From the NCBI RefSeq assembly GCF_009914755.1, contig NC_060934.1: a DNA stretch of 64,000 bases. One strand, written 5' to 3'. The stretch is from the human T2T-CHM13v2.0 reference genome, Homo sapiens. Each line of letters begins with the position of its first letter. Position 1 is the stretch's first letter. Below the pieces are notes generated by a model. The model was given only the letters and a program-made list of their open reading frames with translations. It made no database searches and was not told where the DNA came from. Both the position numbers and the translations under genes were made by a program. Shown here piece after piece: positions 39,461-52,870 of the stretch.

Positions 39461-40128
39461 ATTATTTTATTTTTTAAGAAAATGAAATGAAAAGGTATTC
39501 TCCCCTAGGATAAATGTCAATAAATAAAGGTCTGTGAGATCTACATTCTTTACCGTGTCTCAGTCCAACATACCGTTTCCCCTGGGGCTGCCAGACTATA
39601 TACAAGGCATATCCATTTCTTCATTGGGGTGGGTTTTGTACTGGGGAGTTGCTCAGGCACATGTGGAGGCTCTTTTACCTGGATCAGGATGCTGAAGATG
39701 ATTTAGTACATCTTAGGTGTGATTTGGGGATCAGAGTATTAGCACCGGGTGCAGTCTAGGCATGTGTTTGTTATAAGTGCTGTAATTGTTCATTCGTTTG
39801 ACTCTCTGGCGTACTAACCTGAGAGGTCCCAGAGGACTGGCATGGATTGCCTATGCTAGGAATGTGTAGCCCCAGCACCAAGCATAGAGTTAGAAGTTCT
39901 CACCCAGAATTCGCACTACTATTAAATATTTTTGTGGAATACTAAGTATAAATATTGCTCAGTCCTCTCCTTTTGCAGAGAAAAATGATGAGGCCCAGAG
40001 AAGACTTGACCCCAAAGCAAATATACTCGAATCCTATTCTCAATTCCCAGGCTAGTCTTCCATCCACCACACTGGCCTTATCTGTAAGCTCAGGGTCCAA
40101 ACATTTGTTAATAATAAGAACTGTAGAG

Positions 40129-40293
40129 CAGTGCTTCTCAAATTCTAATATGCACGTGAATCTCCTATGGGGCTTGTTAAAATGCAGATTGTGATTTAGT
40201 AGGTCTGGGTTGGGGTCTGGGAATCTGCACGTCTAACAAGCTTGAGGGAATGCCAGGGATGCTGGTCCATGGACCACACTTTGAGTAGCCAGG
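40129..40293. mobile_element. MER5A1 hAT-Charlie element
   Basis: 'cagtgcttctcaaa..gcttgttaaaatgcagatt..gtaggtctggg..ggtccatggaccacactttgagtagc'. Confidence 0.85.
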
Positions 40294-40486
40294 ACAGAGA
40301 ACAGAGTGATTGATCCCTCTGGCTCTGGAGTCAGAATGATAGCATTCAAATCCTGACTCGGCTACTTTCTGCATATTACCACATGCCAAGCACAACACTA
40401 TGGAGTCTATAGGGACCAGAGAAAGAAAGCAGGCAGTAAGGTGTGCAGGGAGCTGGGGCAGACAGGAGCATACATGCCCTATCTAA

Positions 40487-40965
<479 letters not shown>

Positions 40966-41018
40966 TAGTTTTTAAAAGTTGGAAACTACTGAAAATATTT
41001 TAAAACAACTTGTAGGTG

Positions 41019-41315
41019 GGCCAGGCACGGTGCCTCAGGCCTGTATTCCCAGTAGTTTGGGAGGCCAAGGTGGATGGATCACTTGAGGCCAGGAATTCGA
41101 GACTAGCCTGGCCAACATGGTGAAACCCGTCTCTACTAAAAATACAAAAATTAGCCAGGCGTGGTAGTGCACACCTACAGTTCCAGCTACTCAGGAGGCT
41201 GAGGCATGACAATCACTTGAGCCCGAGAGGCAGAGGTTGCAGTGAGCCGAGATCACAGCGCTGCACTCCAGCTTGGGCGAGAGGGCGAGACTCTGTCTCA
41301 AAAAAAAAAAAAAAA
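41019..41315 (+). mobile_element. Alu SINE (AluS)
   Basis: Dimeric Alu; near-TSD aaaaca(a/c)cttgtagg. Confidence 0.95.
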
Positions 41316-41969
41316 CACCTTGTAGGCAACCTATGGACTGGGTTATGCCTCCAGTTTGCTTCTTCTTTACAAATGTTTTCATTTAATCTCCAAAACAACC
41401 CGTGAGTTAGGTGTTATTGTGATTATCTTTTTACCATAAAGGAAATTGGCTTAGAACCATCTCATAAATCACTCTCTGTATATAGAGCTAGGTAGAGATG
41501 GAACTAGAACTTAAGCCAGGAATGACTGATTCCAAAGCCCACCCACTACACAGCACTGGCGACTATCACCAAGTCTGGCCCAAATCTCCCAAGTCTTTCA
41601 AATGTCCCCTGTCCGTGGCTACCCTACATCCAACAAAAGGGAGGAAGTGCCAATAGCCATTGAAACAAGTTTCCCTCTAGTCAAATCCAACTGGTCCAGA
41701 AGCTCAAACTTATGACAGGCACCTCCTGAGCACTGTGCTGTCTCATTCCTGAAACAGGTTCTGCCCTGATACTGTTTGAGGGTAATGAAATGAGATGACT
41801 GAAAGCACCAGCTTTGGGCTCAAGTCAGCCCAGTTTGAATCTTGGCTCTGAACACCAAAGGAGATCTGATCCATAATGTATCCTTCTTGGTAGCTAATCA
41901 AGGAGAAATCTAATGGGACTTGGGCAATGCCAAAGGTCACAAAATAACCATTTCCAGTTTCATAAACAC

Positions 41970-42185
41970 CTAGACTTTGGAGACAAGAACCACCTGGTTT
42001 GGGACTTGGTTGGCATCTGGCTGAGCCACCTCAGTTATATTGCTTAACCTATCAGAGGTTCAATTTCTCCAATTGAGAATGAGAATAATAACCCCTATCT
42101 CCTACATTTTCTTTTGGGTTTTGCAGGAATTAAGCGAGATGTATGTAAAGTGCCTGACACATAGTAGGCACTTTATAAATTTAAG
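41970..42185 (+). mobile_element. MIR SINE
   Basis: 'gactttggagaca..cctggtt', 'tgcttaacct..cagagg..caatttctcc', 'tgtaaagtgcctgacacatagtaggcact'. Confidence 0.7.
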
Positions 42186-42319
42186 TTCCTTAAGCCCCAT
42201 TTTTATTCCTACAACAAGTCTGCCAACTTTGTCCCAGAATGCTACTGGGTAAAAGTGAGCAGAGTATACCAAATCTACGAACATTCCTTCTCCAAGCTTT
42301 AAAAAAGGCAAAACGATAC

Positions 42320-43983
42320 TGAGAGGTGACAGCGTGCTGGCAGTCCTCACAGCCCTCGCTTTCTTTAGGCGCCTCCTCTGCCTGGGCTCCTACTTTGGCG
42401 GCACTTGAAGAGCCCTTCAGCCCACCGCTGCACTGTGGGAGCCCCTTTCTCGGGTGGCCAAGGCCAGAGCCCACTCCCTCAGCTTGCAGGGAGGTGTGGA
42501 GGGAGAGGCGCGAGCGGGAACTGGGGCTGCGTGCGGCGCTTGCGGGCCAGCTGGAGTTCCGGGTGGGCGTGGGCTTGGCGGGCCCCAAACTCGGAGCAGC
42601 CGGCCGGCCCTGCTGGCCCGGGGCAATGAGGGACTTAGCACCCGGGCCAGCGGCTGCGGAGGGTGTACTGGGTCCCCCAGCAGTGCCAGCCCACCGACGC
42701 TGCGCTCGATTTCTCACCGGGCCTTAGCTGCCTTCCCGCGGGGCAGGCCTCAGGACTGCAGCCCGCCATGCCTGAGCCTTCCCCCGCCTCCGTGGGTTCC
42801 TGTGCAGCCCGAGCCTCCCCGACGAGCACCGCCCCCTGCTCCACGGCGCCCAGTCCCATCGACCGCCCAAGGGCTGAGGAGTGCGAGCGCACGGCGCAGG
42901 ACGGGCAGGCAGCTCCACCTGCAGCCCGGTGCAGGACCCACTGGGTGAAGCCAGCTGGGCTCCTGAGTCTGGTGGGGAGGTGGAGAGTCTTTATGGCTGG
43001 CTCAGGGATTGTAAACACACCAATCAGCACCCTGTGTCTAGCTCCGGGTTTGTGAGTGCACCAATCAACACTGTATCTAGCTGCTCTGGTGGGGCCTTGG
43101 AGAACTTTTATGTCTAGCTCAAGGTTTGTAAACACACCAATCAGCACCCTGTGTCTAGCTCAAAGTTTGTGAGTGCACTAATACACACTCTGTATCTAGC
43201 TGCTCTCGTGGGGCCTTGGAGAACCTTTATGTCTAGCTTAGGGATTGTAAATACACCAATCGGCACTCTGTATCTAGCTCAAGGTTTTTAAACACACCAA
43301 ACAGCACCTTGTGTTTAGCTCAAGGTTTGTGAATGCACCAATCCACACTCTGTATGTAGCTGCTCTGGTGGAGCCTTGGAGAACCTGTGTGTCCAAACTC
43401 TGTATCTAACTAATCTGATGGGGACGTGGAGAACCTTTGTATCTAGCTCAGGGATTGTAAACGCACCAATTAGTGCCCTGACAAAACCGGCCACTGGGCC
43501 CTACCAATCAGCAGGATGTGGGTGGGGCCAGATAAGAGAATAAAAGCAGGCTGCTCGAGCCAGCAGTGGCAACCCGCTGGGGTCCCCTTCCACACTGTGG
43601 AAGGTTTTTTCTTTTGCTCTTTGCAATAAATCTTGCTACTGCTCACTCTTTGGGTCCACACTGCTTTTATGAGCTGTAACACTCACCGCGAAGGTCTGCA
43701 GCTTCACTCCTGAGCTAGCGAGACCAGGAACCTACCGGGAGAAACAAACAACTCCAGACGCCCCGCCTTAAGAGCTGTAACACTCACTGCGAAGGTCTGC
43801 AGCTTCACTCCTGAGCTAGCGAGACCACAAACCCACCAGAAGGAAGAAACTCCGAATACATCTGAACATCAGAAGGAACAAACTGCGGACACGCCGCCTT
43901 CAAGAACTGTAACAGTCACCGCGAGGGTCCCCGGCTTCATTCTTGAAGTCAGTGAGACCAAGAACCCACCAATTCCGGGCACA
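42320..43983 (+). mobile_element. LTR12C (HERV9/ERV9) solo LTR, full length ~1.66 kb
   Basis: Starts TGAGAGGTGACAGCGTGCTGGCAGTCCTCACAGCCCTCGCT, ends AAGAACCCACCAATTCCGGGCACA; CpG-rich 5' part, CCAAT tandem repeats, U5 repeats; perfect 4-bp TSD ATAC (42316-42319 and 43984-43987). Confidence 0.97.
42995..43575 (+). promoter_or_regulatory. ERV9 LTR U3 enhancer/promoter: CCAAT (NF-Y) repeat array, GC/CACCC box, GATA site, AATAAAA TATA-like box
   Basis: ~40-bp units 'ctagctca(g/a)gg(a/t)ttgtaaacacaccaatcagcacc' with about 7 intact CCAAT; gggtggggcc, AGATAAG (~43530), AATAAAA (43539-43545). Confidence 0.8.
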
Positions 43984-45743
43984 ATACTACTGGATGTGGC
44001 GTAACAGAAAACACCTTTGACCTGGAATCAAGAATGTAGACATTTCCAAACAACCCACGGATGTTGGGGCAACTGAGGTTCAGAGCTGTTAAGTCACTTA
44101 TTCAAGATTACTCTTCATCCAGAACTCAATAGTCTCATTCCTCAGTGAATACACTCCACTACAAGTCACTTTACCTTCTGTGGTCTTAGTTTCTTCATCC
44201 ATCAGAGAGAGATATCTGAAATAGTCAGCCATTTAAGACATTCATATTTTTCTCCTAGTCCTTGGGAGTCTTCCCCATTAAATTCTTCACTGAGAAGAAT
44301 TTCACTAGACCAGGATGCAGCACCATTGGAAAGGAGCATAAAGACAGCGGCTTGCTCTCAGATGCACTGTTCCGGGCTATCACATTAAAGACAGGTCATG
44401 TTTGGAGATCTGCCCCATTCTCCTTTCAAGCTGGCCTGTGTGGACACTTGGGTAGTCTCTCTCTTGGATCTAAACAATTTTCAAGAGGCTCAGATTTCCA
44501 GGATGGAAAGGAACTCTTTGATACAGATCAAGTTCAGCTTTAATCATTAAACCGTTTCACACTTCCCTGTGAATTTTTACTAAAGCGGGGAAACTGAGCC
44601 AATGCATGCACATCAACTCAGAGGGTGGGTGCTGTGGATAAAGGCAGGGAGAGGCAGGGGAGACAGCAGTCTCCTCTACGCCACATGGAGACACCCCGTT
44701 AGTACCGAAATCCAGGGCGAAGAGAGGAACTTTAAATAGAAATCAAATACTGCTACCCTTTCTTTCTCCCTCTCCACTCCCTTGCAGATAAACACACGAG
44801 GTTTATGATTGGATAAAGGTTTGGTTTCATTCCAAGCATAAAAATGGCTTTAGAAGACTTCAGTTTCCTGTCTCCTAACTTTCCTGACCACAAATATTTT
44901 TTATTGTAAGCCTTGAAAGCGAAGGGTTATTTAATAAATTAACACTTCAAATGCCTTTGGTTCAACTCTCAGTTTGTTCTAAGTTCAATTCTTGGCTTCC
45001 TATTCATTAACTTTAGATAGTTAGTGCTGCCTCATCTCTCTTCACCTAGAAAGCTTTAGTTCCTATCCTTTCTGTATTTTACAGTTTTACAATACTTTAT
45101 TGCATTGCTATATTATAATATTTCTGCCCTTCCCCTACCCCCAAATAATCTTTTATGAGGAAGCATAGATGAAGTTTGGAATGCAGTGAAGTAAGCATAG
45201 CAGTCTTTATAGCATTTTACAAATTTCTCTTGGCCTCAGAAATCACAAAATAATCACACAAAGAAACCTAACCCTTTGCCTGCAGGACAATGCAAGGTTT
45301 TTTATTAAAAGAGGAATTTAAATTCCTTCTGTGCACAGACTGTTTTAACTATAAAGACTTAGAAAATTAATTTTTGCCTATAATCTCTTATAGATAATAC
45401 TATAAAAATAGTTCCTCTTTAAGAAGCATATTTCATGCAAATATCAAAAAGCCTTTTATCTGTGTTCAAGATTTTTTGTTCTATTTCTGTCCCTTGTTTC
45501 CTTCTCTTAGCTGAGGATCAGACTTTGGGAGCCCTGGATCTCTAGGCATGCTGCTGAGAGGCAGGGCCCGGAGGCAGGCAGCAAGCTGGCTTGCTTTGCT
45601 ACTTTAAAAGCAGTGAAACTCAAGAGCCCAGATTAACTTCCTACTACGTGCTGAGCACTGTGTCAAGCGCTGGGGTAAAGAAGCAGTGAATTAAAAGGTC
45701 AAGCAAGGCAGCATTCCTGCCAGAAAGATCAGAATGGCATTGA

Positions 45744-46106
<363 letters not shown>

Positions 46107-46123
46107 ATAATACATCTTTTAAG

Positions 46124-46488
46124 CAATGTTGCCCAAACTTCCCTCACTCACAAGCCACCTTCAGGCTTTTTACACGTCCTAAAACCACCTGTAATTGTAT
46201 TTACTTAATATTTTTCTTCAAATGATTTACTTTTTTTTAACCTCAATTTTGATTCATCCTAAGCAATAATATGGGTGCAAGTCACTGTTTCTTGATTTTA
46301 ACTGTTGTGTACTTATTTTAGTATGTATTTTTCCTCTAATATTAAAACACATATTAATATATATTTTCTCTAATACTTATTAAAATAAGTACACAATGAT
46401 TAAAATAAGGAAATGTTCATGTAGGTACTGCTAAAAATTATCTCAGGTATACCACCAGTCACCCCACAACACACTTAGGGAAAACCTG
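46124..46488. mobile_element. Old hAT-Charlie MITE (subfamily not assigned)
   Basis: Ends 'caatgttgcccaaactt' and 'accaccag..cacacttagggaaaacctg'. Confidence 0.5.
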
Positions 46489-46880
46489 CCTTAAGATAAA
46501 GTAGAAGAAACCAAAAAAGAGGAAGGGAGGAAGAAAAGACAGTTAGGATTTAGCATTTGTCGAAAAACAGTCTCCATACACACACGCACACCAAATGAAG
46601 CACTGAAGTCGGATGCTGAAGATGCCTCGATTCTCATTTGATGTCTTTCCGTCCCCAGAGCAGATCCCCAGAAGACCTAAGGTCCAGACTTGGCAACGGG
46701 CACTGTTTGTCAACAGGTTGCTGGGTCTGGATAGGTCTGCCCAGATCCATAATGCTCATGAGAACATCCATCTAAGCACACATCTTAACACTGGAGCCAT
46801 GTCATATGCTTTCAACAGAAAGTAAATCAGTGCTTATTGTTACCTTCAGCTGCCATCCACATAGTAAATTTATTGCCCAC

Positions 46881-47209
46881 TCCCTTAGGCTGTTTGGGCT
46901 GCTACAACGAAACACCATAGAATGAGTAGCTTATAAACAGCAGACATTTATTTCTCACAGTTCTGGAGGCTGGGAAGTCCAAGATTGAGGCATCAGTAAA
47001 GACCCATGTTCTGGTTCATAGATAGTGCCCTCTCACTGTATCCTCACATGGGGAAAGGGACAAGAAGCTCCCTAGGGCCCATTTTATATAAGCGCTAATC
47101 CCATGATCTAATTGCCTCCCAAAAGCCCCCACCTCCTAATACCATCACTTTTGGGATTAGGATTTCAACTAATGAGTTTTTGAGAGGACACAAACATTGA
47201 GATCATGGC
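46881..47209 (-). mobile_element. MaLR LTR (MLT1A0-like)
   Basis: 'atttatttctcacagttctggaggctgggaagtccaagat', 'cccacctcctaataccatcac', 'acacaaacatt'. Confidence 0.85.
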
Positions 47210-47779
47210 TCCCAGGAAGGATGCAGTACCTACTTATGCCCTAAGCACTGGACATTTTGGTTTGCTAATTTTCCAAAAGGCAGCTGTTAGTGGAAAGAGC
47301 CCAGGATGTAGAGTCAAAAAGTCTCTTTTGTTATTTCTGCCCAGCCACAGGCCAGATGTCAGATTTTGGGTAAGTTACTTAAGTCCTGTAACTCTCAACT
47401 TCCACATTTATAAAATGGAGATAATGGAGATAAAATGAAGATGCATGCTTCTAGCAATTTTCTTTTGGAAGAGAGGACAAAATGCTTAGTGTATGTAAAA
47501 GTATAATGTTAGCACATAATTTGAAATCACACAGTAAGTATATTTTTAATATGAGCTATGCAGCATTAGAAATGACAAAATTATATTAATGAATACTATG
47601 AAAGTAATATCGAACAATCCTTAAAATAATTTTAAAATATTCTAAATATCCAATATTTCAATTTTAATACATTCCTCTGTGTATGTGTATTCACTCTGAT
47701 TTCAAGTAAGAAAAGTTACTCATGTTTATAGGAGGCAGGTTAGAAACATGGAAAAATAAAATTTAGTGTGTTAGGGCTA

Positions 47780-47960
47780 AGAGGCAGTTTGGAGTAGAAA
47801 TTAGGAGCATTTGCTCTGGAGCCCACTGGGCTGGGATTTAATGCAAGCTGCGCCACTTCGTAATTGTATTCTCTTAGCTAATTGCATTATCTCTCTCTAA
47901 GCCTCAATTCCTTTCCACAAAAATGGGAATATTAATAATAGTATTAACCTCATAGGTTGG
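47780..47960 (+). mobile_element. MIR SINE
   Basis: 'gctctggagc..ctggg', 'ctctctaagcctcaattcc..aaaatggga..ataatagta..acctcatagg'. Confidence 0.75.
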
Positions 47961-49840
47961 CTTAGCTGTCTCTGGTTTTTAGTAAATTCCCAATACATAG
48001 TACAGGAATTAAGGTGGTAGGATTAAGGATGATACTTTTAACTTTAAGAAGTGATCTTTCTTTGTTCTTTAAAAACTGCAAGTAGCCAAATTACAACTAC
48101 ATGTTACTGAATATCTACTGCTCAACTGCAAAGTTGTGCTGTGAGAAAGAGATAGAAAAACAAAGCTACCTCCACCACTAGACTGCCCCGTCAATGCCCA
48201 ACCTTACACCTGGGCAGTCTGTGACCAAACCAGCGGGACAAAGACTCACCTCCCACCTGGCAGAGTCAAATCAGACCTAATGATCCAAGTGCTTTCTTCT
48301 CACACAGAACAAATATATCTTCAATATCCCTGGGCTGTGTGTCTACTACTGCCACTTCCAATTTTACTTCACAGCTGCATTGGAAAATGTTAAACTCTCT
48401 TCAATTTAGGCAGCTTTTATTTGTATTCAGACGAAGACAGAGTGTGTACCAGGGGACAACTTGACCATTAAAAAAATTCTATTTGACTACATATATTTTT
48501 AGCAATTTGGGAAAGCTATCAAAGCAGGCATTTTCACTTAAAAGCTTGGAAATAAAGCTGATATCATCTGGTTGGGGGAGGGCTGGGGAAATCACCAGAG
48601 GGAAAAAAAAGCCCTTTTGTGTATCCAATTTCATATTGCTGTTGTCATGTACAGGATGTATATTCAAATGTGTTTGCATATTTCTAAACTGATCATACAT
48701 CAAAATTAGAGCCATATTGTTTCTTTTACAGTGAAACTGTTTATATAGGAAATATTGTACCAAACATTCCCTGCTTCCACCCTGAGTTGTGACTGATTAC
48801 AGAGTGAGATAAAAGCACTTACATACACAAACACGAGAAAAGTCTATAGGCATGCAAGAAATCAAAAGAAGGTGTGATTTTTAACACAAACACTATTATC
48901 AACCAAAAATAAAGAAGAAGGAAAAAGAAAGATTGCTGGAGTTTATGCGAATTCTGAGAAAGCAAAAAGCATAGACTTACACACTGATAGATTGAAAATT
49001 AGAGGTTGGGTTAGACAACTGCAGAATTCAGTTTGGTACATAGTTCAAAACAGCCCCTGGGTGCCGTTTTATACTCATGTGACCAACTGAATTAGAGTCA
49101 TATACAAGAGACAGATATGGCCCACTAAGGGGAATCCATTTCCTAATTCACTATGGGAAACAGTAATTTAAAGCTAGCCACTTGGTTCTTTAGTGTATTT
49201 TCTGGAAGGGCTGTATCAGTTTCAGTAAGTTCAGTTGAATTTTCCCTCCTCCACACTCAACAATTTTTTCTATCTTCTTCATGCTTAAAAGCTTGGTCCC
49301 AATACAAAGTGAAGTGGGAAGCTGGCAATTATCCTATAAATCCAGGTTATGTTGTTAGGTCAACAGAATTGTAGATTTGATGGAGCTTAAAGGAATTTTA
49401 GAGATTATCCTATCCAACAGCTTTCAAACTTTAAATATTTTGTTAATGAAATCATATGTAGAACTCTAATATATAAACTAGGTTTTACAAGTATTTCACT
49501 AGTATAACTTGGTCAAAGATTATAGAGGGAAGAAAAAAAGGTAGGTACATGATTGTCCAAAGCCGAAGAGTCCATGAGAGATGAGAAAGTGGAGTAATGT
49601 GGAAATCCAAAGGAGAAAATGATTATTTCTGTCTAAGCTGACCAGGAAAAACTTCATGATGTTGGTACTAAAAGATCAACAGAATTTGGACATTGTTTCC
49701 TCCACTGACTTGCCCTTCCTTATCAAAGATACAGGTTAGAATCATGGTCTTCTACAAACTCATCGAACGGACAGGCACACGGGAATTTCATCAACCTGAG
49801 GAGATGGTCACTTTCCCATAATTGTCCATCCTTTGGATCC

Positions 49841-50274
49841 TGTGGCAGAGATTGCTGGCTGGTAACAAAAAGTCTTTCCTCATCTTGTGAACACAATTAC
49901 ACTTCCCAGCTTCCCAGCATCAGATATGGCCATGTGACTGAATTCTAAAATGATATATGGAAAGAAATGATGCGTTCCAGTCCTAGCCGATAAAACAAAT
50001 TCCTCCATGCAATCCCTCATTCTCCTCTCTTTTTCTTGCTATATATTGATGCCCAGCATGGCATGAGCTGAGAAGTGACACACGGAGGATGGCAAAGCCT
50101 CCATTAACCTGGATCCCTGAAAGACTGCATGGAGCAACGCCCCCACCATGACCATTTCTAGTCAGCAATATCTGCATTGGACTGTTACATGAGGGAGAAA
50201 TAAAATTTCATGACACTAAACCTCCTGATATTTTAGGATTTGTTACAGCAGCTGTTGCCACCCTAACTAATACA
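49841..50274 (+). mobile_element. Old MaLR LTR (MLT1I/J-like)
   Basis: Starts tgtggcaga; 'tggccatgtgactgaattct', 'cctggatccctga', 'gagaaataaa', ends 'ccctaactaataca'. Confidence 0.75.
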
Positions 50275-52209
50275 GATATCTTTCTCTATTACAGCCAGCT
50301 CATCTTTCCCTTTCTTGCATATATTTGCATTTTTCTCAGGTGTGTTTTTGTACATCGCTAAGCTTTTGTACATTATTAATTATGTAATCTCAAGAGAATA
50401 GCTATTAATAAGATATAATCCAAGTCTCTTCAAAGGAAGAGACCATGTTTCCACATAGGTGTTTGAAACTCCTCTGGATGCCATTTTCTTTATAGATAAA
50501 GAAGAGCATGGAATAGACATGGGCAAAGCCTCTTCCTATCACGAAAAGTCTGCTTCTACGATGCAGTGACAAAGTTGTCAATGACAGCATGCATTGGTAT
50601 ACTGGAAAAGTTACCAGATTCAGAGTCAGACAACCTCAGGCACATCACCTAATCTTCCAGTTTCCTCACTTGTAAAATAAGGATAAAAATACCTACTTTG
50701 CAGAAGGTGTTGGTTATTCACTCAATGGCCATTAATGATGTACCAATTAGGTTGCATTGCCAAAGAATGTATATCTGGAGGTTCTTTGTAAGCCAACAGT
50801 GGTTGATGATTACGTTTACATATCTCTTTAGCTAGCTAGGTTCCTGATAATGCGGGCCAGTGCTTGAAACTAGTAAAAGAGGTATAAATATGCAATACTA
50901 TTTTATCCAAAGGATTCCAATTTTCTATCTTGGAGACTGCAAAAAGGGGTTTTATAAAATTGGCTGTATGTCCCATTGGCCACTTTGCCTTTTCCCCAAT
51001 TTAGAAACTCCAGGTTTGATTCTCCACCCCCACCATGTGTACCAGCATCACCAACACTAGATACCTTTCTCTTTTACAAAGTCTACCACTCCCCAGGTGT
51101 GCCAAATAGGCAAAATTCAGAACACCAGCTAACAGTGGGCAGAGAGCAGAGGACATCATTCTGCATTGCTGTGCAGAATTGCCTTCAAAGTCAGCATTTC
51201 ACTCACCAAGGAAGCTCCACCAGCATTTGCGGGGGAGATCTCAACCTTCCAACTCTCACTAGATTTGGAGGCCATGTAAAAACCAGAAACCAAAGAGCCC
51301 CACTCTCTCATGACCACCTGTCACTGCTACCACAGTCATTGTCCAAGAAGGCTGCCCTCTTACCTCAGACCTGGGATCAGTGGCTATCAGGACAGGACAG
51401 GATAGGACAGGAAGGCAAAGCTGTCAGGCTATTATCTGGTTCATTTTTTTTCTCTTCCAGAGTACATTTCAGTTTCAGAAAGAGCTCTGCAGCTAAACAC
51501 TTACATAAAGGTTTGTAAACCTCTGAAACAAGTGCCATGAGGCAAGTGACTTGCTTCAAACTTCAATTTTCTCAACTGTAAAATGTGAGTAATAATATGT
51601 TGGTTTTTTCTGCCACGTGAGGATTGTTGCGAAGCATAAATGAAATTATTTCTACCATGGACAAATCTAGGAGGTTTTATCATTATATCTTAATTGCTAT
51701 CTTACTGAAGGCCAGCACCAAGACCTAGAGCTCAAAGTCATGTCATTGACAGGGCATATTCTAGGTCAATCATACTGAAAATAAGACTACTTTATTTTAG
51801 ATTTTAAATATGCAGGATCTCTTCAAAATTAAAGCCTTGAATAGTAATAAAGTCTCAGGAATCCAGACTCTGCAAATTCAAAATTTATCACTCTATAGAG
51901 AGAGCTAAACTGAAATGAACCTTTGCACCAATTATAAGATAAGAACTTAATGTATAAACAAAGCTTCAAGGGGAGTATTGACCCTACTTGTGAGTAAGTC
52001 TTCAAAGCCTTTTGCTCAGAACTTTCAAAAATATTTTCAAAGCAACCTCTTCCTATAAATAAGTGATAAAGCTATTCTGAAATGTTCTTACCTCTTTGTT
52101 ATGTCAAGTCCCATAAGGGCCTATTCATGAAGATTTTGTTAACTGAGTTTTCTTAATTAAAAATGCATTTGCTTAAAATACTCTATAATTTAACTTTGTA
52201 CTATAAATA

Positions 52210-52460
52210 AAAATCACCTTTCATTGAGTGCTCACTGATGTCAGGCCATTGTTTTAAGCATGTTCACACACATCATTTCACTTAACCCTTATGATGACCC
52301 TGTGATGTACTGTGGGCATGATTATTTCCTTTTTACCCACAGGAAAGCCAGGCTCAGAGATTTTAAGTGACTTGACCAGTGCCCTGAAGCTAGAAAGTGA
52401 TACAGCAGAGATATTATACAAACCAAGAATTATCTGATTCCAAAGCCCTTTCTCCTGCCA
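52210..52460 (-). mobile_element. MIR SINE
   Basis: 'ttgagtgctcac', 'aggaaagccaggctcagagattttaagtgacttg', 'tctgattccaaagccc'. Confidence 0.75.
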
Positions 52461-52677
52461 TTTTTCTACTTTGCCTCTTAAGATTTACCTTTTATCTAGT
52501 TAGCCCAACTTAGTAGGAACTTTGGTACAATGAAATATAATAAAAAGGTTAGACTCCACACCATCAGCTGGCATGCTCTAGAAAGCAATAGCCACCTTTG
52601 ACCAAATCTTTATTAAGTCCATTCAGCCTGACTAGGTGTCATCATGTGTGGATGCCACAGGGAAGTTTGATACTCAC

Positions 52678-52870
52678 AATGACTTCCAAGTTCCTCTCAT
52701 TGTCAGACAACTGATAAGCTTGAGAAACAATCTGTGTTGAGGTAACAAAATCACCAGCAAGTGGGAAGTGGTCACGGGAAGGTTAACTCAGGGGGCTATT
52801 AGGCTCATCTTCCATCTTCCCTTTGACCCTCTACTGACATTGCTCCGGGCACCAGCCCTGGCTTTTATAG
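52678..52870 (-). promoter_or_regulatory. Candidate TATA promoter and ~160-nt first exon (minus strand)
   Basis: TATAAAAG at 52869-52862; CA/TCAGT initiator 28-34 nt downstream (52841-52835); donor ATT|GTGAGT at 52678/52677. Confidence 0.4.

Noticed and set aside
42190-43147. Cluster of long overlapping ORFs (130-175 aa)
   Set aside because: They lie in the GC-rich U3 of LTR12C, where stop codons are rare; no gag/pol/env similarity, and the element is a solo LTR
42995-43480. Regularly spaced ~40-bp repeats that superficially resemble a CRISPR array
   Set aside because: They are contiguous tandem U3 enhancer repeats of ERV9 LTRs without unique spacers; the context is eukaryotic and there are no cas genes
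50976-51518. Longest ORF (180 aa)
   Set aside because: Non-ATG start, no recognisable domain, no convincing splice context; expected by chance in 64 kb
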